This document shows, piece after piece, positions 28,639 to 35,479 of a stretch of 35,479 nucleotides of DNA (the stretch's first letter is position 1; each line of letters starts with the position of its first letter). A program made the position numbers and the translations under genes. The DNA comes from an uncultured Thermoplasmatales archaeon (GTDB lineage: Archaea; Thermoplasmatota; Thermoplasmata; Thermoplasmatales; GCA-001856825): the NCBI GenBank assembly GCA_964391105.1, contig CAYMKC010000003.1, positions 1 to 35,479 on the forward strand, given 5' to 3'. The notes beneath the pieces are model-generated. The model worked only from the letters and a program-made list of their open reading frames with translations, ran no database searches and was not told where the DNA came from.

Positions 28639-28756
28639 TATTATCAGGTCAAAGTGATTCACTCTATTTAAGGAATTGTTCAGGTTTCTTCCGTGATTGA
28701 AGATTCTTGAACTCACTCGATAAAAGAGTTTAAATCTGAACTTCATTTGAACTTCG

Positions 28757-29497
28757 ATGAAGGTCGTTTACGGCAACGATGATGTTGCCGGTAGGAATAT
28801 GAGTTCATTCCTCGAGAAGAATTTCTCGGTTGACGTTATTGGTATCAGTGAGCATCCAATCTATCACGACTTTCCTGAGAAGGACGCTGGGGCTAAGAAA
28901 GGTGAGCTGATCATAATTCCCAGTCAGCACAAGAGCCTGAAGAACATAAGGAGCCTCACTGTTCACGCCGCCGGAAATTTCGACACCAACGATTATGGAG
29001 GGGCAAAGAACAAGATGACACTATACGATGGAAAGTACGCGAGGGGGGTCTTGATGAACATAAACAAGTACGCCAAAGGATTGAATTTCGAGGTTACCTA
29101 TGAGGCCACCCACCACGGACCTTACTCAGAAAATCCTCTTGTGTTCGTTGAGATCGGTTCGAGCGACCTTGAATACGGGGACAAGGAGATTGGATACATT
29201 ATGGCGAGGGCCATATACGAGTCGTTCGACGAGGAGGCCGAAATTTACTGCGGAATCGGCGGAATGCACTACTCCAACAAGTTCACTCGGATGGCAATCA
29301 ACGACGGTTTTGCGTTCGGGCATATCGCTTCAAAGTACCGGTTTGCCTCCCTCACGCCGGATTCACTTCAGGAAATGCTTCAGAAATCTATCGGTGCTGA
29401 AGGCTTTCTGATAGAGAGCAAGTCTTTTGACTCACTGCAGCGAAATTCAATCAAAAATATGCTTGACTCTAGATCCCTCAACTACAGGTTCGTCTGA
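28757..29497 (+). CDS. dtdA: D-aminoacyl-tRNA deacylase (DTD2/GEK1 family)
   Basis: SQHKS, SLTVHAAGNF, YEATHHGP, FVEIGS, GIGGMHYS, FGHIASKY. Confidence 0.92.
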   Translation: MKVVYGNDDVAGRNMSSFLEKNFSVDVIGISEHPIYHDFPEKDAGAKKGELIIIPSQHKSLKNIRSLTVHAAGNFDTNDYGGAKNKMTLYDGKYARGVLMNINKYAKGLNFEVTYEATHHGPYSENPLVFVEIGSSDLEYGDKEIGYIMARAIYESFDEEAEIYCGIGGMHYSNKFTRMAINDGFAFGHIASKYRFASLTPDSLQEMLQKSIGAEGFLIESKSFDSLQRNSIKNMLDSRSLNYRFV

Positions 29498-29498
29498 A

Positions 29499-30410
29499 CT
29501 AGAGTGACGCAACGATGAGGGGCAGTATGACTGTCGCTTCCCCTTCGATCAGGACCTGCTTGGCTCTCGGCTTTATCTTTCCCCAGGAAACTGCTTCCCT
29601 GGGTTGGGCTCCCGAGAGGCTCCCATCAAATTCCTGTGCGGTAGTTACGTAGACCGCATAGTCGAGTCCCCCCCTGAACTGATTCCACCAGATAACGTGG
29701 TGCTTGGAGATACCTCCTCCGATTATGATCGCTCCCATTTTCCTCTTTGTTGAATTGAAGACGATCTCGCTAAGCCTATGCTCGTCTTCAAGCGAGTCGA
29801 TCGCAAAGTCGTGGTTCATCTCCCAGAACGACCAGAGCTGTGAACCGAAAGATCCATCCGTATATCCTGGAATGAAAACGTCTACTCCATTCTCGTACGC
29901 TGCTTTCAATATTGTTTTCCCTTTCATCTCTTTCCCGAGGTCCCTGAGCAGATCACTTATGGTCCACTTCTCTTTCTTCGCGAACTCCTTTTCCAGGAAA
30001 GGCATTATCTTTTCTTCTATGACCTTTCCATAGTGATCTTGCGGGATTACCACGTTTCCGAGCCTGTATCTCTTCTCCCTCAAGAGCATGGCGTCGTTCA
30101 GCATAAAGTCACCGCGGTAGTAGTTTTTATAACTTCTCGCCAGGTCGTGGTCGACCGTCCCGGCGGTGGTGATTATGTGGTTGATCACCCCAGAATTTAT
30201 GAGATCTATGATAGCACCTCTAGTCCCGGTGGAAACGATGTCGGCAGTAAAGCTGAGGAAGGTTTCAACGCGCTTCTTCCTCATCTCTCTGATTATCTCA
30301 ACAGCAGCCCCGAGCTTGGGTGCAGTGAATCCTCCTGAAGATGAAAACTGGCCTATAAGTTCCGAGACCTTCATCCCTCTCCTCGTCCGGACGTCCACGA
30401 CTGGTCTCAT
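29499..30410 (-). CDS. dys: Deoxyhypusine synthase
   Basis: GGGISKHH, DGSLSGA, EAVSWGKI (active-site Lys), EGEATVILP. Confidence 0.95.
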   Translation of the reverse strand: MRPVVDVRTRRGMKVSELIGQFSSSGGFTAPKLGAAVEIIREMRKKRVETFLSFTADIVSTGTRGAIIDLINSGVINHIITTAGTVDHDLARSYKNYYRGDFMLNDAMLLREKRYRLGNVVIPQDHYGKVIEEKIMPFLEKEFAKKEKWTISDLLRDLGKEMKGKTILKAAYENGVDVFIPGYTDGSFGSQLWSFWEMNHDFAIDSLEDEHRLSEIVFNSTKRKMGAIIIGGGISKHHVIWWNQFRGGLDYAVYVTTAQEFDGSLSGAQPREAVSWGKIKPRAKQVLIEGEATVILPLIVASL

Positions 30411-31411
30411 TTGAACTCCTCCATCAGGAGTTTCCTTTGGTTGTTGTTCTCGAAGTATCTCTTCGACGGTTCGAGTATTTTTATAAGTTTTAGTGAAAGG
30501 CTGTCCTTAAGGTCCGACGGATGAATTATTCCCTCAACGAAGTCGTGTTCGAGATCAAGGTAGCTGGAATATTCCTTCCTTTCTCCAATAGTGATTCCGT
30601 CAGAATAGAAATTGAATATTATGTTCTTGTAGATTTGAAGGATCGGGTTCCCTTCGACAGTCTTGTCGGGACAGAATGCCGACCTTATCTTCTTCGTTAT
30701 TTCTTCTGGTGAGTCGTGAATAAATATGGCCGAATCTGTCTTGCTCTTGCTCATCTTGTTCAATGGGTCCATTCTGTTCCCTCCCTTGAGCGAGGATATT
30801 AGCGGACTGTGGATTGCGACGAATCCCTTCTTTCCAACCTTCTTGTGGATGTCCCTTGCGAGCATGTGGACGTGCCTCTGGTCCATTCCACCAAACGCAA
30901 CGTCCAGGTCCATGTAAAAAATGTCCGTTGCCTGCATCATCGGGTAGATCAACTTTGATGAGTCCTTGTCAGCATCCTCTTCGCTTCGTCCCATTATCGG
31001 AAGAGCCCTCTTTAACCTGGAGATTGTGAGTGCCTTCGCAACCTTCAGGAGAAGAGCCCAGTAATCAGAGTCCGAAACTAGATCCGATGCGTATAGAAAT
31101 TTCACCTTGGGATTGAGACCGCAGGATAGGAACCCTTGTTTCATGTATTCCGCGTTCCTCCTTATCTTTTCAAGGTCCCCCCCAAACTTGTCGTTAACTG
31201 CCGCGTGCCAGTCGGCGAGTAGAAGAGTCATCTCTATACCCGCTTCTGCTGCTAGATTGAATATGTTTGTCCAATAGAGACCCGTTCCTATGTGGAGAGG
31301 GCCCGATGGCTCGAAGCCCGCATACCCTTTCGCCGTTTCTAGCGATCTCAGTTCCTCTGCAGTAATCACTTCCTGGACAACAGACTCCAGTCTGGAAAGA
31401 TCTCTAAGCAT
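30407..31411 (-). CDS. tyrS: Tyrosine--tRNA ligase
   Basis: YAGFEPSGPLHIG, ADWHA, YPMMQATD, GGMDQR, KMSKS. Confidence 0.96.
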   Translation of the reverse strand: MLRDLSRLESVVQEVITAEELRSLETAKGYAGFEPSGPLHIGTGLYWTNIFNLAAEAGIEMTLLLADWHAAVNDKFGGDLEKIRRNAEYMKQGFLSCGLNPKVKFLYASDLVSDSDYWALLLKVAKALTISRLKRALPIMGRSEEDADKDSSKLIYPMMQATDIFYMDLDVAFGGMDQRHVHMLARDIHKKVGKKGFVAIHSPLISSLKGGNRMDPLNKMSKSKTDSAIFIHDSPEEITKKIRSAFCPDKTVEGNPILQIYKNIIFNFYSDGITIGERKEYSSYLDLEHDFVEGIIHPSDLKDSLSLKLIKILEPSKRYFENNNQRKLLMEEFK

Positions 31412-31444
31412 AGATCGGTAAATATTCGCTTTATTTCAGGTTTC

Positions 31445-31981
31445 CTACAGCCAGATGGCGTGCCGCTTCCTCAAATCTGCTTCCATTTCTCCCTTTTCCT
31501 TCATGAGAAGAGCGACCATGGAATCGAGCAGAACGTGACAAGATGCCTCGAATAGTGTTCCTAGTGGAGCCAAATCCGACGACTTGAAGGTTTTCAGCAC
31601 TATCCTGTAGTCACTCGCTTTGTAGATAGAATTCTCTTTCGACGATGTTATCGAAATGATCTTCGCATTGACTTTCCTGCATATCTGGGCCACCAGGAGT
31701 GCACCTTGAGTCTCTCCCGTTCCCGACAGGAGTATGACAGAATCCTTTTCTGTCACAACCGGAGCGATGGTCTCCCCGACGAAGTATGCGTTGAATCCCA
31801 TCTGCACGAGTCTCATCGCAAACATTCTTCCGACGATTCCCGATCTTCCCACTCCATATACGAAGACGTTTTTCGATCCAATAATCGATTTACAGACCTT
31901 TTTTACAATCCCTTCATCCAATTCCCTAAGGTTCTCAAAATTGTTCATGATGTATTCGAAGGAATCAGTTAGTGTGGACAT
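31445..31981 (-). CDS. hxlB: SIS domain protein, 6-phospho-3-hexuloisomerase-like
   Basis: YGVGRSG, FAMRLVQMG, VGET, SGTGET, PLGTLFE, C-terminal RHA. Confidence 0.85.
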   Translation of the reverse strand: MSTLTDSFEYIMNNFENLRELDEGIVKKVCKSIIGSKNVFVYGVGRSGIVGRMFAMRLVQMGFNAYFVGETIAPVVTEKDSVILLSGTGETQGALLVAQICRKVNAKIISITSSKENSIYKASDYRIVLKTFKSSDLAPLGTLFEASCHVLLDSMVALLMKEKGEMEADLRKRHAIWL

Positions 31982-32074
31982 TAGGTGAAAAGTATTGACT
32001 ACTAATTTAATTTATCTTAGCTTGCTTCTATCATGCCTAACTTTCTGTCAAAATGTGGCTCGGGTTCTGGGGTC

Positions 32075-33358
32075 TCACCTGTACAGTTCTATGAATTCAT
32101 ACCCTCTGTCCTTTCCGTAGCAGTATTTGATCTCCTGGTAACCCTTCTTGAAGTCTGACACTTCCTCCCTGACTTCCTTTCCCTTCAGAGCCCGATCGAT
32201 CAGGTCAGCAACGTGGCTCATCTCGCTCTTGCCCATACCTACTCTGGTCGCTTCCTGTGTGCCTATCCTTATTCCAGAGGGGTTCTGTGCCTTTGTATTT
32301 GTATCCCCAGGAATCATGTTCTTGTTGAGAATTATGAAATTCTTTTCGAGCTCCTCTGCAACCCGTTTCCCTCCTCCCTGCTCCTTGACATCTATGAGGA
32401 GCGTGTGACTCTCCGTGAAACCATTCTTTTCAGCCAGGACCTTGAACCCTCTGGAGTAAAGCTCTGCACCCAGAGTTTTGGCATTTTCTATGATTGCAGA
32501 GGCGTACGATTCTCCGAAGTCCATCATCTCCGCCGCAGTAACTCCCAGACCTGCCATTGCACCGATGTGATGATTTGAGATCACTCCCGGGAAGACTCCA
32601 CGCCTGACTTTCTTCCACCTTTCATCATCAGTGTTTCCAACGATGACACCGTGCTGTGGTCCAGGGAAGGTCTTGTGGGTGCTCGCTGAAATGACATCTG
32701 CACCCTCCCTAAGAGGATCCTGGAACTTCTTGCCTGCTATCAATCCCAAAACGTGGGCCCCGTCGTACCAAATTGTGCTTCCAACCTCGTTGATGGTGTC
32801 CTTGAGTTCCTTGATCGGAGCCGGAAACAAGAACACGGAGAAGCCGAAGAGGACTACCTTGGGCTTTTCGGCCAGGATAGCTTTCCTTGTGCCGTCGATG
32901 TCCACCTTCATCTCTTCCGTATTGAACGCCATGTTCTTGATGTTGCACCCCCTCATTCCGACAGCACCGAATTCTGCCGACGATATGTGCGCGCCAGAAT
33001 CTAGGCTGGGTGTAAGAATCGTTTCCCCGGGGCGAAGAAATGCAAAGACAAGCGCCTGGTTCGCATTCGTTCCTGATATAGGCCTGACGTCCGCCTGCTT
33101 TGAATTGAACAATCTCTTGACCAGCTCTTCCACTCTCGTCTCCATCTCATCCACTATCTTGTTTCCCTGATAATAGCGGTGGCCCGGGAGCCCTTCGGCA
33201 TATCTGTTGTTGAAATCAGAGATGACCATCTCCCTGGTGAGAGGGCTCATCAGGTTTTCGCTTGCAATCAGCGGGATAGAATTTTTGAAAAGCTCGGTGT
33301 GTTCTACCGCTTTCTGTCTGATCCACAGAGCCTCGTTCAGCGAGGAGTCAAAAGACAT
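32075..33358 (-). CDS. glyA: Serine hydroxymethyltransferase
   Basis: LIASEN, YAEGLPGHRYYQG, YDGAHVLGLIAG, PLP lysine in STHKTFPGPQ, PSGIRIGT. Confidence 0.96.
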   Translation of the reverse strand: MSFDSSLNEALWIRQKAVEHTELFKNSIPLIASENLMSPLTREMVISDFNNRYAEGLPGHRYYQGNKIVDEMETRVEELVKRLFNSKQADVRPISGTNANQALVFAFLRPGETILTPSLDSGAHISSAEFGAVGMRGCNIKNMAFNTEEMKVDIDGTRKAILAEKPKVVLFGFSVFLFPAPIKELKDTINEVGSTIWYDGAHVLGLIAGKKFQDPLREGADVISASTHKTFPGPQHGVIVGNTDDERWKKVRRGVFPGVISNHHIGAMAGLGVTAAEMMDFGESYASAIIENAKTLGAELYSRGFKVLAEKNGFTESHTLLIDVKEQGGGKRVAEELEKNFIILNKNMIPGDTNTKAQNPSGIRIGTQEATRVGMGKSEMSHVADLIDRALKGKEVREEVSDFKKGYQEIKYCYGKDRGYEFIELYR

Positions 33359-33461
33359 ACTCGAGCAGTCATAATGAACTATTAAAGATTTAGAACGAAA
33401 CCAATTCCTTCAAACACTTTTGAACTCGGATAGATGCGAGAATACGAGATTATCGGGAGAG

Positions 33462-33938
33462 TCACTTTTCACGGGCGAGCTTAAGGGCCATCTCTACCGC
33501 TTCCCTGGGAGTCTTGACTCTTATGAATTTGCCTTCGTTCTTTTTCTTTGGTGAGAAATCGAGGCTTCCTATCGAGATGACGGTCTTACCCTCGTTCAGG
33601 CCAAAAGATGCCTCCGATATGGTCCCAACAGAGCCATCTATTGCGATCACGACCTTACCAGCCCTGACTACCAGGAAATTTCTTGCGTACCCTAGACCCG
33701 TGGGGATGGCGGCCGATAGATACCTGTTACCTTCTTCTGGTGTATTGCCCGGGAGGATCCCGATGACGAGACCATTTTCCTCACGGACCCCCTTTGCCAC
33801 GCACTCCATAACGCCGGTCAGACCACCGCAGTAGACTGTAGCACCAGCCCTCGCGAGCAGCCTCCCTACTTCCTCCGCAACTACACAAATATCGGGTGGT
33901 ACTTCACTCCCCCCGATCACAGAAATGTTGAGCACCAA
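33462..33938 (-). CDS. TIGR00725 family protein (LOG/Rossmann fold)
   Basis: ISVIGGS, CGGLTGVME, IGILPG, TGLGYARN, GSVGTISE; TTG start. Confidence 0.88.
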   Translation of the reverse strand: MVLNISVIGGSEVPPDICVVAEEVGRLLARAGATVYCGGLTGVMECVAKGVREENGLVIGILPGNTPEEGNRYLSAAIPTGLGYARNFLVVRAGKVVIAIDGSVGTISEASFGLNEGKTVISIGSLDFSPKKKNEGKFIRVKTPREAVEMALKLAREK

Positions 33939-33983
33939 TTACTAACCGACCCTGCAATTTAAACTTGAATGTCTTCGCCCGAG

Positions 33984-34727
33984 CTAACCGTATATTGACA
34001 GTTCAGACTGTTTCTGTGCCTTGTCCTTCTGGATCTGGTTGTATTTGTTTATTATCTGGTTTGCCTGTTCGTGTAGCTTCTTCACTGAGTCTTCCAGGAT
34101 GTCGGTCGCTATTTTCAAGTTGAACGCTTTGTTGAGTACTTCCACGATCGACAGAACGGCTCCTGGATCTGGAATGTCGACCGACGTCTCCGTCATCAGT
34201 GATAAGGCAGCGATCTTCTTTCCGATGCACTCGTTAATCAGTGCACCTCCCATACCAGATATGATAGCAGATCCTGCGCTCTCAACACCTGTACCCGACA
34301 GTGCTTTGAGGTTCGCTGCTTCCGCAGCGGCATAGACCGTCCTCTTGTCCACGAGCCCCTTTGAAGGTATACCGTCCACCACAACGATCTCCCTGGGAAC
34401 TATTCCCTCCAACCACTTGACTAGGACCGATGATATCTCGTACAGCCCCTCGTCATCTATCGGTACTTCACACGTTATGACTACCACGGAACCTTCCTTG
34501 TCCCCATATATCCGGAACGGCGACCTCATCTTTCCACCGACGAATACCGTGACGGGTGGAATATGAAAGCTCTTGATCTGTGCGATCTGGTGTAACCCTG
34601 TCTGTTCGATCAAATAGGATGCGGTCAGAAGTCCAAGGGTGGTTGATTCCACGAATCCGAGAATGACCAGTGGATTCTTTGGCACAAAGTGATTTATTTC
34701 AATGATCTGAGGATCTTCGTGGTCCAT
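33984..34727 (-). CDS. Proteasome assembly chaperone (PAC2) family protein
   Basis: ILGF...LGLLTASYLIE, PFRIY, ISGMGGAL, PDPGA and a C-terminal IYG. Confidence 0.85.
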   Translation of the reverse strand: MDHEDPQIIEINHFVPKNPLVILGFVESTTLGLLTASYLIEQTGLHQIAQIKSFHIPPVTVFVGGKMRSPFRIYGDKEGSVVVITCEVPIDDEGLYEISSVLVKWLEGIVPREIVVVDGIPSKGLVDKRTVYAAAEAANLKALSGTGVESAGSAIISGMGGALINECIGKKIAALSLMTETSVDIPDPGAVLSIVEVLNKAFNLKIATDILEDSVKKLHEQANQIINKYNQIQKDKAQKQSELSIYG

Positions 34728-34785
34728 GTAAACTAATCGATACCGTCGATAAAAACTTTCATGTCAGTGCGGGATCGAGCCAGGA

Positions 34786-35070
34786 TCAGTTGCTTGCTTT
34801 CTTGTACTGTCCGTAGAGGTTCTCGTATATCTTTTCCATTCTTCTGAGGCTCCTCTTGAGGGCAGCCTGGGGTTTTCCCTGCTTGACCTTGATGTGGATC
34901 TTGGGGTTAGAAAGGTATGGGTGTTCGAAATAGTATCTCACATTGTCAACCATCGAGTCGTTCTCTATCTCTTCCATGAGAGGCCTCAATATTGTGTTGT
35001 CGTTATTTATGACCTCGTAGACTATGGAATCCTTCCCCTTATCTACGACCACAAATTCCATTTCTTTCAT
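34786..35070 (-). CDS. rpoL: DNA-directed RNA polymerase subunit L (Rpo11)
   Basis: NTILRPLMEEI...V..VRYYFEHP, followed by PQAALKRS; 94 aa. Confidence 0.85.
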   Translation of the reverse strand: MKEMEFVVVDKGKDSIVYEVINNDNTILRPLMEEIENDSMVDNVRYYFEHPYLSNPKIHIKVKQGKPQAALKRSLRRMEKIYENLYGQYKKASN

Positions 35071-35087
35071 TCAGACCTGATTTTCAT

Positions 35088-35477
35088 TCACCTATTAACT
35101 TCATCGGTCTTGGACAGGTCCTGGAGTCTCTTGACTCCATCTATTTCCATTATCACCTTGTAGACTGCATCGGGTACCAGATCATCCCACTTATCTCCCT
35201 CAATTATTCTCTTTCTTATCTCCCTCCCAGAGTAGTGCTCCCTGGACTTCATCTCAGGCTCCATAACGTTCTTGCCTGCTTCTAGGAATAACCTCTTAAC
35301 CAGAGGATTTGCAGATACGGCTATATCGAATGGTGGAGTGAGTGAAACGATGTGACTTACCCACAGACTGTTTCTGTAGAGGTCCTCTATAGGTACGAGA
35401 TAGTAATCGTGAATGGAATCCGCCTCCATCGCCCTCTGGATCATGTACTGTCTTTCACCTGCGGTGAATGGGTTCGC
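35088..35477 (-). CDS. nadM: Nicotinamide-nucleotide adenylyltransferase (5'-partial)
   Basis: The frame is open to the window edge and reads ANPFTAGERQYMI, then NSLWVSH, NPLVKRLF, YSGREIRKRI..GDKWDDLVP. Confidence 0.92.
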   Translation of the reverse strand, partial: ANPFTAGERQYMIQRAMEADSIHDYYLVPIEDLYRNSLWVSHIVSLTPPFDIAVSANPLVKRLFLEAGKNVMEPEMKSREHYSGREIRKRIIEGDKWDDLVPDAVYKVIMEIDGVKRLQDLSKTDEVNR

Positions 35478-35479
35478 TA

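Noticed and set aside
28639-28746. 36-aa N-terminal extension of the PRTase
   Set aside because: It covers the divergent promoter region shared with dtdA; a TATA box fits ATG 28638.
1-35479. CRISPR arrays, tRNA/rRNA genes, transposases, integrases, inteins, defence systems
   Set aside because: None seen: no regularly spaced repeats, no cloverleaf or T-loop consensus in intergenic regions, and RNAP subunit lengths leave no room for inteins.

Overview
Gene-dense archaeal chromosome segment. It is most consistent with Thermoplasmatales/Thermoplasmata: single-chain RpoB with a Zn-ribbon insert, N-terminally extended RpoA'', and many apparently leaderless genes. Most of it is core housekeeping DNA: a partial K+ channel; an HTH_10 regulator, gamma-glutamyltransferase and Opp/Dpp ABC transporter cluster; an MtaB-type methylthiotransferase; DUF167; the rpoH-rpoB-rpoA1-rpoA2-rpl30e-nusA operon; a BtuF-like binding protein; a SAMP/ThiS gene converging on a wHTH-DUF373-mptE-Mut7-C-pelota operon; ogg; an alpha/beta hydrolase; carbamate kinase; a PRTase; dtdA, dys, tyrS, hxlB, glyA, TIGR00725, a PAC2-family chaperone, rpoL and a partial nadM. 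I saw no tRNA, rRNA, CRISPR array or transposase. The best novelty candidates are a ~220-nt promoter-preceded, hand-folded structured RNA-like element upstream of DUF167 (10460-10677) and the tight linkage of pelota with a Mut7-C nuclease and a ubiquitin-like protein. All family calls come from motif recognition by eye; no searches or folding programs were run.
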